Source: Lama guanicoe
Taxonomy: Eukaryota
NCBI GenBank assembly: GCA_013239625.1
Contig: MU054187.1
Span: 14,170,974 to 14,234,973, forward strand
DNA: 64,000 nt
Direction of reading: 5' to 3'
The notes beneath the pieces are model-generated. The model was not told where the DNA came from. It was given only the letters and a program-made list of their open reading frames with translations, and made no database searches. Numbering within the stretch: position 1 is the stretch's first letter; each line of letters starts with the position of its first letter. The position numbers and the translations under genes were made by a program. Below are positions 25,941-39,400 of this stretch, piece after piece.

Positions 25941-28900
25941 CTGTTTGAAACTCTCAGAGGTGCCGGATTCCAGGGAAGGGTTTAGCCACGCGTGTTCTGG
26001 TCCATCTGGCCAGCTTGCAGGTGATCTCATAACACCACCCCCTTGATTCCATCATCAGCACTAATCATCTGGGACGCCCGGAATCCCTCGCCTAAGCTGA
26101 CAGCTCTACTGCTGAATTCAGCTTGTCCATCCGCCGTCACAGCCATCTTTGCAGAAGCAGGCAGAGAAGAAAGGAATGAAAACAGACAGGACAGTATTTA
26201 TAAAAGCGAGAAAGAAGCCAGCCAACATCCACCTATGTTTTAACAAGGATATACCAAACAAGCCAGCCAGCAAGACGTGCCAATGCTTAGTAACTTTTTG
26301 ACCTTCATTTCTGGCTTCAGTGCATCTTGGCACAAGGAAACCTGAGGCTGACAAGGGCTGAGTCAACTGAGGGCTGAATCCCACTTTATTGAAGTGTTTT
26401 TAGAGGAGGCCACCCGCTCTTTGAGGGTGATTAAAAGCTTATCCCCAGAAGGCGAGTAAACACTCCCCCGCCAATAACTCAGCTCTGGCATTCGGGGCAA
26501 GGGGCACTGAACACCGTAGTGGGAGAGCCTATCCACATAAAAACCCAATCAAAGGCAACGTTTGCCTTTGAGGGGCGCATGGAGGCCAATAATCCACCTC
26601 GTCTTTATTTTCTATTCAAAGTTCTTGGCCACAGTTCCCGTGGCGGACCAATATTAAACTTGAAAGACAATGGGTTTGAAATCAATAACTAACTGAAATC
26701 ACTTGCAAATATAGTTTCCATAAATAGTTCCATGAATAGTGACTATTACTTATCTTTTATGGGACAAAGGTAGAAACAAGGAGTACTGAGCCATGAACCG
26801 TCTTGAGACCCACCCACCATCAGTGGGGGGCTTCCATGGGTGCCTTCCTGCTGCCTGTGACCAGCCACAGTGCATTCATTGCACCAGATCTGGTGCATTC
26901 AGGGTGTCACCTGTGGTGTGGTTTGGGTCAAAACAGCCCATCAGGAATGACAATGATATTGTAAATTATTCTGAGGTGTTGGGACAGGAGACTTAAAAAG
27001 AGGGCTGAACAGGGATGGGAGGAACAGAAGCTGGAAAAAAAAAACAAAACTATTTGAAAAAACCAGGACAGGGGAATGGGTACTTATGCTGCTGATGGGT
27101 ACCAGAAATAGCCCAGACCCCTCCACTCCAAAACCACGCCCATCCTGGGGGAGCCCCAGCTCTTGGTGGTACTCAGGCAGCCGGGCCCTGGGGTGGAGAT
27201 GCCATTGTCCTGATTTCTCCGGCATTCTGACAACAATGCCCTTGGTGAGTGCGCTTCTGCTCCTGGTAACCCAAGGAGGACAACAAACGCACGGTGGTGT
27301 CCAGGGAGCCAGGCCACGGTAGAGATTTGTTGATGCAGACTCAGACTTGTCAGTTATTTGATCTCCCACTGTGCAGTTTCCTGGTCCTGTCTTGGGAAGA
27401 GAGGTATGAAGGTCCATAGTCCTCATCTCGAGGGGACAAGTCTATGGAAGGTGTCACAGAAGCACCTTGAGCAAGGTCAGGAGCCTGTTGCCCACCTGGG
27501 AGTCAACCTGCAGGTGCCAGGAAACAATAGGATCCATGCTTGGACCCAGCCTGGGGCTTGCCGAGCCAGCTGGGACCTGTTTCCCAGCCACAGCTCGTTC
27601 CCCTCCCCTTCTCCTATGGGTGCTAGTCTCACCATTTCTCAGCTTCATTGCCTGAGCCTCACTGAGCGTCAGTGGGTGCCAGACTGTCCAATCTGGAGGC
27701 TCTGGGGGCTGGAGATAACAAAGGGGAAGAAACAGGAGGATGTTCTAAAGGAGCCTGAGGTCTCTGTGGAAATGATGCAGACTCAGGAAACAGTGCCACA
27801 GTGGGAAGGGCAAACGAATACTGGTTGTGCACCTCTACTTTTCCAGGCGCATTTGGGACATTATCTCTAGCCCTGACTACAGTTCTACAAGGCTGGTATT
27901 ATTGTACCATTTTACAATAAAGTACAAGATTCAGAGATGTTAATTAATTTTTTTCCCAGACTGAAAACCAGTGGGGAACCACAGTAGATTCCCAGGAGAA
28001 GAGTAAAACAATGGCAGTGGCACTTTCGGAAAGATTAATTAAGATATGATATTCAGGGTTGTCCTAACGTGAAGGAAACCATACATTGTATACTAATCTG
28101 TGCAGAATATGAGACAGGACTGTTGCGGGGAGAAGAGGGACAGGAGGTTTGGAAAAAAAGACGTGTGATCACCGAGGGGACAGAGAAAAGATGCTGTAAG
28201 GGCTGATCCAGTTTAAGTTCAGAAGAGTGTTCCCTGATGACTGGTGGTAGATATTCACATGTAAATACATACTCACCAGTCACAGTCCACATCTTCTGTC
28301 AGATTAGAAAAAAGAAAATTTAAAGAAAACATGCAACGTTAACAAATGCCCTGAATCTGAACTAATTTTGGAGTTGATAATGTTTGGAGAGACAAGGCCA
28401 CTGAATGAGGCAGGTGAAACTGCCTGCCCCAGCCCAGCCCCAACTCTACCCCCATCCAGAGGCTCTGCTGCAGACATAAGCTTAGGTGGCCTCATTTGTA
28501 CATGACCTCGTCGCCAACATAGACCTATCGGACAACGAGTGGATGCCTGGTCCACTGGCCATGCATGGGTTAGTTAACCAGAAATCTTTTGCTGGCGTGT
28601 GAAGTTTGGCAGGAGACAGGAAGAAAGGAAATAAGAGACATTCGAGGGGTTTCTAGAGAAGGGAGGGAGAAGTCACTTGTGGGTGGCAGCTGAAAATGTG
28701 CCAAAGGCAATTTTTCACTTTTTTGAAATTTTTACCTGAATGTCAAATGTCATTGGTTCAGGGCCCTCCATGCCGACGTGCTGGGACAAGCTGAAGTGGG
28801 ACCCACGGACTTCAACAGTGTTCATTGCACACAGAGTAGAATTCAGGGCAATTTGGCAGAAATGCACTGGGAGCCAATACTCAGAAGATGGCAAGGAATG

Positions 28901-29689
28901 TGAGCCCAGAAAGCAGAAATCCAACTGTCCTAGAAGAGCAGAACAGGGAAGCATAAACTCGAAATGACCGCGATTAGCCAGTGGAGCAAGCAGAGAGACA
29001 CGCCAAGAGAACAGCTCAGACAAAGGCGACATGGAAGCAGCTGGTCCATCTGGAGCGAAAGCATAACTTAATTGAATCGTAACTGTTCTGAAGAAAGAAA
29101 TGTGTCCACAGACACGACTCAGGAGGCCACCTGACGGGAGTCCCGAAAGGAGAGATGGTGAGTGAGAGTCAGTCAGTCCGTCTCCAGCCAATGGATCCAG
29201 GAGCGAGAGCCATGCTGCCCTGCCCACTGGGCATCAGCTGTGCCAACAGTCACACTCAGGACACTCAGCGAAGTTCATGTACCGGCATGTTTTCTTCCCA
29301 GCTCTGAACCCCCAACTGCCCAAAGTCTTTCATCATATGTTAGATGCACCATTATTTTAAGTACCGCAAAGAAAAAACAATTATGCCAGTTGTAACACAG
29401 TGCTTTCTTTTCACTTTGGTTTTTAATCACAGAGGAGTTTAGACTTCCTTAGATGCAGATTTTATTACACATTAAGTCTTGTGCATACATGAAAAGAAAA
29501 ATGTGAGGGAAATAAAATGGCTTAAATGGCTTCCTGAGACGTCTTCATAGCTGGTGTCAGATTCTCTGAATCACTGTTAGACTCAGAGCCTTTGATGTCT
29601 GTGTTTTTTCCAACACAGTCACCCCCCACCTTCAGCAATGCTGGTGATGCAGCACTTCCTATAAGAGAATAAAACTGATACGCATATTT

Positions 29690-30118
29690 ATTCCACTAGA
29701 ATTTTGAATATGGGTCATGTATCAAATAATATTAAGATGTTGACATTAAATTTCTCGAATGTGATAATAGTATGTGGTTATCTAGAAGAATGCCCTTGTT
29801 ATTCAAAGATACATGCTGATGTATTTAGGAGTGAAGTGTCATGATATTTGCACATCACTTTATCTAAATGATATCAACAAGGTGAAAAAGAACATGAAGA
29901 TGAATATATGTATGTTCGCATATGACTGAAGCATTGTGCTGTGCACCAGAAAGCAACACATTTTTAAACTGACTATACTTCAATTAAAAAAAGTAAAAAG
30001 TAAATGATATCAACGAGAAAATCTAGGTGAAGAAGATCTAAGTATTCATTAAACAATTCTTAAACTTTTCTGTGTGTTTAAAAATCTTCAAAATAAAATG
30101 TTATGAGAAAAAAAAAAA
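29690..30118 (+). mobile_element. Ancient L1ME-type 3' end with a nested younger L1 tip (29879-30000)
   Basis: ACATGCTGATGTATTTAGGAGTGAAGTGTCATGAT motif; insert flanked by perfect 14-bp TSD TAAATGATATCAAC. Confidence 0.75.
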
Positions 30119-31638
30119 GTGTTCTACTAAGAAATCCACTCAGATTTTCTTCCAGGTTTTCTCAAGCTGCCAACGCTAATTCTGAAGGCTCTGATTCCAG
30201 AGCTTTCTTGATGGATGTCAACAGAAATTTCAGACAAGGATCATGACTCATAGTTCTTCTCCCAAGTGGTCCTCACTGGTTTTTTGACTGAAGCACCAAT
30301 GCTTGCAGCCTTCTAGGCATGTCACAAGAAATAGCCAAATTCATCTACTTGCAGGCAACACCAGCTATGTCGGGGCTGCTGTCTGGCTGACAGTGGTTGT
30401 AAAATGAAGCCCTGTGTCAGTAAAACATGAAAAGGGAAGTTGCATCTGAAAATCAGACAGCTGACACACATATCCATGCCACCTGGCAGTTATCTGTCTC
30501 CCCGTGGACTAACAAATTGGAAATCTGCTTGATGTGTCCGTCCTTGTGAGTTTGGTGAGCAGGAGGTATGGCCCTTCGCTTGAACAGTTTGTAGAATGGC
30601 ACATCTGGTCACATCTCTTGGACCAGGCGACCCCAAGGCACCCCCAGTCCATGAGACCCTGCCTACATAGCAGGCCGCCTCTTCTCCCAGTGACATCTCT
30701 GCCTGCCGTCTCTGAGGGCGGCTGAGATCAGCACCATCTAAGAGGGCTTTTCACCGAGTGCATCCCTTGTAATAGATGGTGACAGGGAACTGGGGGGGGG
30801 GTGTCTCATCCTATTTCTGCCTGTACCGTTAACTTATCTGCCACCTGAGATTACCAATGTCTGCATTGCTTCCTCTCATCTTCAATAAATATGAAGCTGC
30901 TGCTACACCTTATAGGATTATTGTGAACAAAGGTAGGCCCCCCTCACTCCCCCCTAAAAAAGTATGAAGGTCTGAAAGGACAGATGGGAACAATGATTCC
31001 CAAACAGAGCTCAGGACACGTTCTTCTTTAATGAAGTTATTTACTCTCATTCCTTTGGTTCTTGAAGGAAAGATAATCTCAGTAGCTTGTTTTCCTAGCC
31101 TTTTCTTTTATTTGCCCCTGTGGATATAAAATGCCTGTTCTGAATTACTCAAATATGCCTAGAACACAAAAGCATGCTGGTGACCATGCCCTTTTACACG
31201 TTTAATGTGGAAAAACCTCCCTCGCAAGAAAATAGCGAGGTGCGGGGATAATGAGCTGCCTTCCTGCTGTGGTCCTGACGTATCCACGTGTCACGCCCAG
31301 TCCTGCAGCCCAACTCTTCTGCGGCCTCCTTGGGGCCCCCCGACCCCTGCAGCCACCAGCCTGCCCTGGTGGGACAGACGCCTTCCCACCCCTGCAGAGC
31401 AGCTCCCGAAAGGCAAACCCTGGGTTTGTTGACATTTGCTCTACAAAAGGAGGAAGTGTTAGTAAATCAAGCGGACAGGAGTGACTCAACCAGCTCCAGC
31501 AGCTTCTATTCTGGACACGCACAGATGAAGACACGGGAGGTGGAACACATCGCCCACAGCCGTGCAGCTCCTTAGATGGGCCAGGCTCCCACCGCTGATG
31601 CAGACCTGTCCTGTTTTCTTATCGCTGGCTCTTCGCCC

Positions 31639-32092
31639 TGTTGGTGAAGGAGCCCTAGGGTTTGGGGGACAGGCACACACTCAGCACCAACACTGGACAG
31701 ATGAGATGGGCAGGAGCTTATTGGTCACATAGACTCCCAGCCCAGGGGAGGAGGACCTTGCACGGGGGTCGCACTCTGGAACAGAGTGCACTAGCAGGGG
31801 CCGTGGAGGCAGGTTTTATAGTATCAAGAGGGTGGGGTGTCCCCTGGATCCCAAGGGAGGATGTGATTGACTTGTTTGAATAATTCCATAGGCTGCCAGG
31901 GAACTGAAGCTCAGTACCCAGGGATAAGCAGGCGCTGTGCCTGGTCCCTGGATGTGGAGGGTAGCTTGGCTAAGGTGCCTTGTCCGTGGGAGCAGAGTGG
32001 GGAATAACCTGCGGTTAGGGCATTCTAAGCCCTCTGGTTTCAGAGGTCAAGGCAGCACGTAGTATCGGGCTTTCCTTAAGGCCCATCCCACA
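31639..32092 (-). mobile_element. ERVL-type (MER54/MER74-like) solo LTR
   Basis: TG...CA ends, 5-bp TSD CGCCC/CACCC, internal GTGATTGACTTGTTTGAATAATTCC motif. Confidence 0.7.
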
Positions 32093-32759
32093 CACCCTTC
32101 ACTACATCTTCCTTTTCATCTTCTGTGCTCAGGAGATGGATTTCTTTTAAATCTCTTTCTATAATTCTATTTCGTTCCACAATGTCACTCTTCATTGGCT
32201 ACACAAGGCATTTTTGTATAAAGACTGTTTCCTACCTAAATGGGAAGCTTCTGAAGCCTCAGTGCAGGGTATTTTCTGGAGCGGAGCTGAGGAGGATAGC
32301 ATACCCAGGGAGAAATGGACATTTTAAGGTAGAACTCTGTAAGGGTGCTGCTTATGGAGATTTTGTCTACTTGAAGCAATAGAGTCCTTACCCCAATGTC
32401 AGATGGTGTCCTCTTAATCCAGAGCTAGATAAAGCTTTACAAGGAGGAATGCTGGAAACTTTATAAAAAGGCAAAACATTTGATGAGAATGACTTACTCC
32501 TGCTCTGTAATGAGATTCCATTCAAGCCATTGTGCTTTGTTAATCACAACGAATCATACAGACACACGTAAGCAAAGACACAGGCTGCAGTAGTAATGAT
32601 GGTGATGTCTGTGGGTTGGAATCATGGGATTTCCTCCTCCCTTTATTTTTATTTGAAAATGATTATAGATTCAGAGTAAGCTGCAAACAATGGTACAGAC
32701 ACGGGTCCTGTGCCCTTCACCCAGCTTTTCCCAAAGGCAACCCCCTTTTTTGCTCACGT

Positions 32760-32860
32760 TTTTTTCCTTTCCTTCTCTTTTTTCCTTCCTCCCTCCCTCC
32801 CTTCCTTCCTTTCTTCCTTCTTCCTTCTTTCCTTTCTTTCTTCTCTTTCTCTCTCTCCTT
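32760..32860. repeat. CT-rich simple repeat (TTCC/TTTC)
   Basis: About 100 bp of almost pure pyrimidines. Confidence 0.9.
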
Positions 32861-33650
32861 CACAATCACGGTATTTTACTTGGATGACAAGGAAAGGAAA
32901 TGATTAAGAGCAATTTTAACACTGTAAATGGCACCTGTTGGCTGTTAGCCTCCCTCACCATTAGGCTAGGGCGTCTGCTACAGCGTCAGGGGGGCAGTGT
33001 TCTCAGGATCTGCTTGCACTTGGTTAGAGTCCCCTAGGGGCTGAGTGGGAGGCTGTCTTACCCTTCAATGTGTCCTGCACATCTCTGTGCTCCTTGGTAG
33101 GAAATAGTATCGTGTTGCTGCTGCCGCTGAACTTCTTGGTCCCGAGTGTCCAGGTTCTTAACCCTGTGGCGGCCAGTGTTCTATCGCCCTGAAATCTACC
33201 TCCACTCCTGTGAAGTCTGCAACTCACCCACATGCCTTGTTCAAGTGGTTTTTTTGTGTGTTTGTGCATGTACATGTGTGTGCACACCTGTGTGCACCAA
33301 AGAAGGGGGCTAAGTACCATGCCTGGGTGGTCATAGCACAGAACGAAAATAACACCTGCAGATGGCAGTTCAGGAGAAGCGGGGCTGGGGGGGCCAGAGG
33401 ACTCTCTTTCTCCTGCCTCCTTGGGAATTTGCACACCGTTGGGGACAGCAATAGTTTCCACAACGTTCAAGACAAAGTCAAGGAGCTCATAAGAGATGGG
33501 GCAGGAAATTGCCTTCCCCCCTTACCCACCTCCACCTATCTGGCATCTGATTTCTATAAAAACCAAAACATCTTTTCTTTTAAATGCAGACATCAGCCAG
33601 CACTCTTAGAAGCTGAGCCAGGAGATAAAACTTTGTCAGTGATCTCATTA

Positions 33651-33690
33651 TTCTAATTATTTATACTTGCTTCTAATTATTTATACTTCT
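33651..33690. repeat. 20-bp tandem duplication
   Basis: TTCTAATTATTTATACTT(GC/CT) x2. Confidence 0.85.
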
Positions 33691-35149
33691 CTCGGAGATT
33701 AAGAAAAAAAAGAAAACCACCCAATAAACCCAAACAAATAAAGCAAAATACTAAATTTTACAATGCACAAAAGAATGAGTGAAGCCTCTTGATTCTGTCG
33801 AAGACGAAAAGTGGGACATGCCTCCCAGTGTGGGCCCGCGGGCTGCAACGCGCATGCTGCTTTCCCGCTGGGCGCATCACCGGCTCCCCGCCCTGGGCAG
33901 GAATGGAAGGACGCAGCGGGGAGAAACAAGGCCATCCTGGAAAATTGTGCGTGTGGACACCATGCATCACCAGGCTGGCAGGGTGGTCCATTGAGTTAGC
34001 AGAGAGAACTCAGCTCCTCAAGATGGCGTAAGATGACAGACACAGTCGCACTACCCAGAAGTAATTATCTGACAAAAATGACACGCTAGAAGCCAAGGGG
34101 AGGGATAAAGATCAAGATGAATTTCAAAGTTTTGTGTTGTCAGGGAGGAAAAAAATGACCACTTGCGAACTGAGCAGTGCCCTGAAGTCCAACAGAATTC
34201 ATTTCTAAAATGTCTCCTGACAGGGGCTTGGGTTAGAGTGCAGGATACTAGGTCCATGCTGAAGCGGTGGCCTATTATAGTTGCTTGGGCAACAAAAATA
34301 GAATTGAAGGTTTCCATCAAAAACTTACCTTCCTCTGTAAGGCTTGTCTCATCAATCTTTAGATCAGAAAGTTCGAGAGGGGCGTAATATTGTTCTCAAG
34401 GATCTGAAAAATACATTCAAACTCACACGAATAATTTTTTTCTTTTTAAACCCTGTTGCATAGGGCAAGTCTGTATGTGATTCAGAGACCCAATGAAAGA
34501 AATGTGAGCTTTACGATTTATTTTTAAAACTCAAAACAACACATTCTCAGGGTTAAGTAGAAAGGTCACCACCAATAAAATAAAAAAAGAAACCCATCTA
34601 ATCAGCCTCATTATTGTGTTCCTTTAGGAACATTTCTCTTACTTAATAGAGCATGTCTCCTCTGAAGAAGCATTAGATTTCACAATAACACATGCAAAGA
34701 CCAAGGAAGGAATCTGTGTCCTGCAGCCAGGACCCATTAGCCCAGGGAGCGTCTGCCTCAGAGGCAGAGAAAAGAGAGGCAAACATTTAAAGAGGCACAG
34801 CAAGCCTCTGACATGTGCACAGATCTGAAAGCTAAGTGAAGTTTCGAGAAGATGCACCTGCACGGAACTACAAGGGACCTTGTAGCTGAGCGCTCCCCCG
34901 ACGCCCGCAGCAGTAGTAGACTCCTGCCTGGTATCAGTGAAGAATCCTGGGCCCAAGATTCCAGAAGCAATTGGCAGTCTTACTTACCAAATAATCTGAA
35001 GAGTTAATAGAGTGTTACTATCACTTGAATGAAATACAGTGGTTTTGTGACTCCTGGATTCCTACCAAATCCAGATTAAAATCTTCCTTCAAGGGGTTAT
35101 GAAAGTCTTTCCTCTGTGTCCTTGGCCATTGCTTCTGTCTCCTGGATGC

Positions 35150-35720
35150 TCACTCTTCCATCCTCTGTCAAATGGGCAACCTCGTCTATCTACCTCCTTT
35201 TCCTGGGTAACCTCATCCAGTGCCAGGACTTTAAATATCATTTCTACACTGTTAACTCTCACAGGTGAATTGCCAGACCGGAACTCTCCTCTGAGTTCTG
35301 GACTTGAGCATCCAGTTTCTGACTTGATACCTCCACGTGATCGGGAACCTCACATGTCCAACACAGAACTCATGACTTTCCCCTCTCAGGAAGTGGCCCC
35401 AACATTCCTTGCATTGCTCAAACTGAGCCCAGGAATCATCCCTGAGTCCTCCCTCGTTCAGTTCATTATCAAATCCTTTTACTTTACTTCTGATATGTGT
35501 CCCAAATCCTTCCTTCTCCTCTGGCACCCGCCTTGTCCAGACCACCATTCTCTTGAGATGAAACTGCTTTGCTAGGCCCCTCAGTGGTCTCCCCACTTCC
35601 ACCCTTACCCTCCTGAAATGCATTCTCCACAAAGCAGCCGGGGGAGATTTGAAAAATGTAAATCAGATAATATCACTTTGTTGCTTAACACCCCCCCCCA
35701 GGGAAGCATCTGCTTCCACT
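35150..35720 (+). mobile_element. L2 relic
   Basis: CTCTCCTCTGAGTTCTGGAC, ACATGTCCAACACAGAACTC, AAAATGTAAATCAGATAATATCAC. Confidence 0.65.
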
Positions 35721-35812
35721 TAGGGTGCAAGAGAACATAGATTCCCCAACAATGAGAAAATGGCAGACAATCTACAAATCATAACTTTTCTTGGACCAAT
35801 CGCGGACTTGAG

Positions 35813-35970
35813 TGGGGAGGGTGTAGTGCAGCTCAAGTGGTAGAGCGCGTGCTCAGCACACACAAGGTCCTGGGTTCAATCCCCAGTACTTCGTCTAAAA
35901 ATAATAAATAAATAAGTAAACCTAACAACCCCCCCAAATTTTTTAAGTAGTAAAAAAAGATTAAAAAAAA
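35813..35970 (+). mobile_element. tRNA-Ala-derived SINE, long-tail form
   Basis: GGGGAGGGTGTAG...GCTCAAGTGGTAGAGCGCGTGC...GGTTCAATCCCCAGTAC head; TSD AATCGCGGACTTGAG / AATCACTGACTTGAG. Confidence 0.9.
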
Positions 35971-36279
35971 AATCACTGACTTGAGGTCACAAGGCAACCA
36001 AGTTAACTGAAGCCCGGTGAGGAGAGATGGGACACAAACACTGCTTCACCTTTGGCAGAGCAAGGAAGGGAGAGGTGGCGGCTGTCAGCGAGTAAAAAGA
36101 AATTACCTAATGCTCTGACATATTCTTAATAGCCAGTGTGGGCTATTAAGTCTGGAATAAGTAGACACAAGAGAACTTTGCACTCGCTTACAAGCTCTTT
36201 ACCACTGGTCTGCAGCCAGTGCTGATGAGAAAGACTGGAGAAAACCCAAGAGACCCTCTTAGTGGTACAAGTGTAGCTG

Positions 36280-37310
36280 AAGCCCAACTAAAAGGCTAAG
36301 ATTGGCAGATTGGATTAAAAAACAAGAGCCAACCACATGCTATCCATTAGAAATCCACTTTAAAAATGGGGAAACACAGAGGGGCATGTAACAGCTTCAC
36401 GGTACAGTGCATACTTAGCATGCATGAGGTCCTGGGTTCAATCACCAGTATCTCCATTAAAAAAGAAAAATAGGGAAACACAAACTGGTTAAAAATGAAA
36501 GGATGGAGAAAAAGATATGCCATGAAATTACTGCTCAAACTAGTGGGTACGTCAGTATCAGACAAGGTGGATTTCAGAAGAAAAGGAATATTACCAGTGA
36601 TAAAGGGAGACATTGAACATTAACAAAGTGGTCAATTCATTAAAAAGATGTTACAGCCCTCCATGGGCACGCACCTAACAGAGCTTCAAAATATAAACTG
36701 GTTGGACAAAAAGAAAAAATACATATAAATATATAATTATAATTGAGATTTTGATACTGCCCTCTCAACAACTGATAGAGCAAATAGACAGAAAATCAGC
36801 AAGACTATAGTGACCATTATTAATTGACAATCAGAGAACATTTTAACCAACAAGAGCTGAACACACATTCAGTTGACATGCTTATAAAACATTTGCCAAG
36901 ACAGACCATATACTGAGTCATAAAAAAAGCCTCAATAATTTTTTAAAAATTAAAATCATACAAAAACGTCTGTTCTCCGACCAAAATAGGTTAAAACCAG
37001 AAATCAATGACAGAAACACATCTACAAAAATCACTAAAATACTTCCTATTAAACAACAATGTTCTAAAGAATTCTTGGTTGGAAAAGGAATTCACAAGGA
37101 TATTAGAAAATATTTTTAATAAGATGAAAAAGAAACCGTAACACATCAAAATTAGAGGGACGCAGCTAAAGCAGTTCTTAAAGAGAAATTTCTAACATGA
37201 AATGCTTATATTAGCAAATAAAAAAGATCTCAAATCAGTAAGGCAAGTTTCACTACATAAAAGGCTAGAGACAAAAGAGCAAATGAAACTCAATCAAGCA
37301 GCAGGAAGGA
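36280..37310 (+). mobile_element. Old L1 ORF2 endonuclease-region fragment
   Basis: GGCAGATTGGATTAAAAAACAAGAGCCAACCACATGC, GGATGGAGAAAAAGATATGCCATG, AGACAGAAAATCAGCAAG; many frameshifts. Confidence 0.85.
36379..36465 (+). mobile_element. tRNA-Ala-derived SINE, short form, nested in L1
   Basis: CTTAGCATGCATGAGGTCCTGGGTTCAATC core; 17-bp TSD AAAAAT(G/A)GGGAAACACA. Confidence 0.88.
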
Positions 37311-38678
37311 AAGGGTTCATTTTATTATTACTCTTTTATTGCTGGTGCCAAATATTGGTGTGATGGTGCTTAGGCCAATATAAGTCAAACTGTTCATAAC
37401 CATCCTTTAAAAACTTTAATTCCAGACTCATTGCATGTACATCAGCCTGACTTGCTACCTATGAGTCCATAAAGAAAAGCACCTCCTACCTCCATCTCAG
37501 AAAATGGCATGTGTAGACTGCCGGCAAATACATGAGGAACTGACCTGAATTTCCCACATCTTTACACCCGGAATGTATCTAAGACTAAAAAACAGACTCA
37601 GACCAGTTAAAATGAATTTATTAGGATACATAATCCAAAACCTTTTAAGGAAAGGTTTCAGTCCTTCACTTTGAAAGAACTGAAGTCTGCACTTTGAAAA
37701 ATTAATAAATAAGATGTTTCAATCTCTATTTTTCACCTTAACTATCACTTTAATTAAAGTCTTCCGCATTCTCAAAAGGATGAATAACAACTAGTTCTAC
37801 AACTGGCAACTTCTAAATTCTCTGCACTTGGTGTTTTAGAGGTATAGAACTATGTCTTTGTTCCCCTTCCGACAATTCTAGACACATCTCTGGCAAAGAG
37901 GCTGATTCTCACATAGCGTTCTCTGGCTGACAGTTTGGAGCAGAGCCCTCAAGACACGTTTCTTATGTAGGGATCAGGAAACGGACCTTTTCCAAAATTC
38001 TGGGTCATCGTTGACTATGAACTGCCCCAGGATGAATAATATGGTGCTGGGGACACTGCAAATTATTTTGTCAATCCCCTGGCACGATCCCTTCCATCAG
38101 ATGGAGTCAGTAATTAGGAATCCAAGTCAGTGCAGAATTCGGTATTCATGAGGGTTGGAGGAGGCAGCGGCTCAAAGGGGATTTCAACATATTCTCATGA
38201 CTGAGACACTGTGAGGGAGCCTGGCTGACTAACAGAGAACAGCCTTGCCCTTTCAGCTCTACAAATTCAAATGCAATTTGTCATCCAATGGAAAATGAAT
38301 TTGGCCATGTGTAATCCTGCAGGATGGAGAAACGTTGTCCCGGAAGAACTCAAGAACATGAAAGAGGGGCATTGAAAAATAAAATCCACAAAATGATTGA
38401 GAGTGCACATCCATATGCTAATGACAAATTCCTTTTCCAGAATAATGGCCAGCCCTGTGATTCCTTGGCGAGTATGGACTCCATTGTCATTGAAGGGGTC
38501 AAGGTGGGGAATGGATGTTAATTTTCCTTTCTCCTTGGAATTGGAATTATGTTTTCATATTTATTTTTCACTATCTCCTCTTGTAATTTATTTATTTTTT
38601 ATTAAATAAAAGGTTCTTTAAATTCTGTAGTGATTTACAATTTTCAAAAATTTTATACACATGATTTCATATAATCCT

Positions 38679-39147
38679 GAACCAGGAAGAAATAGAAAAT
38701 ATGAAGAGAACAATGACCAGTAATGAAACTGAATCAGTAATTACAAAATTCCCAGCCAACAAAAGTCCAGGACCAGATGACTTCACAGGTGAATTCTACC
38801 AAATGTTTAGAGATGAGTTAACACCTATTCTTCTTAAACTACTCCAAAAAATTGCAGAGGAGGGAACACTTCCAAACACATTCTATGAGGCCACCATCAC
38901 CCTGATATCAAAACCAGACAAAGATATCACAAAAGGAGACAATTACAGGCCAATATCACTGATAAACACAGATGTAAAAATTCTCAACAAAATATCAGCA
39001 AATCTACTTCAACAACACATTTAAAGGATCAGACACCACGATCAAGTGGGATTTATCCCAGGGATAAAGGATTTTTCAATATCCTCAGATCAGTCAATGT
39101 GATACACCACATTAACAAACTGAAGAATAAAAACCATATGACCATCC
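38679..39147 (+). mobile_element. Internal L1 ORF2 fragment (start of RT region)
   Basis: ORF 38701..39024 [14 protein letters not shown]...[14 protein letters not shown]...[18 protein letters not shown] is typical ORF2p sequence. Confidence 0.93.
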
Positions 39148-39149
39148 TG

Positions 39150-39400
39150 GAGTGCAGCAGAGTGGTTAAGAGCATGGGCTTGGGTGTAAGACAGACATAA
39201 GTTCAAATACTAGTTCTGGCCATTAACTAGTTGTGGGACCTTAAGAAAGTTACCTAACCTCTCTGAGCCTCATCGAAAAATTGGGATAATGATAATAACA
39301 ATACCTGGTTCATTGGGCCACTGTGAGGAATAAATGAAATAATGATTGTTAAATACCTCGTATCCAACATTGCTAGGGCAAACGGCAGTGGTAGTTACCC
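39150..39400 (+). mobile_element. MIR SINE
   Basis: AGTGGTTAAGAGCATGGGCTT...AAGTTACCTAACCTCTCTGAGCCTCA. Confidence 0.8.

Noticed and set aside
26941..29227. 160-170 aa ORFs at 26941, 27358 and 28715
   Set aside because: No recognisable domains, no consistent exon structure, composition typical of non-coding DNA.
32616..32907. Hydrophobic Phe/Leu/Ser-rich ORFs (also 5025-5384)
   Set aside because: Translations of CT-rich simple repeats.
37320..38600. Apparently unique stretch considered as a processed pseudogene or further exons
   Set aside because: No recognisable reading frame, poly(A)/TSD pair or splice pattern found by eye; a BLASTX search would settle it.
38701..39024. Reverse-transcriptase-like ORF as a host gene or novel RT system
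   Set aside because: Ordinary L1 ORF2 fragment that ends before the catalytic core.
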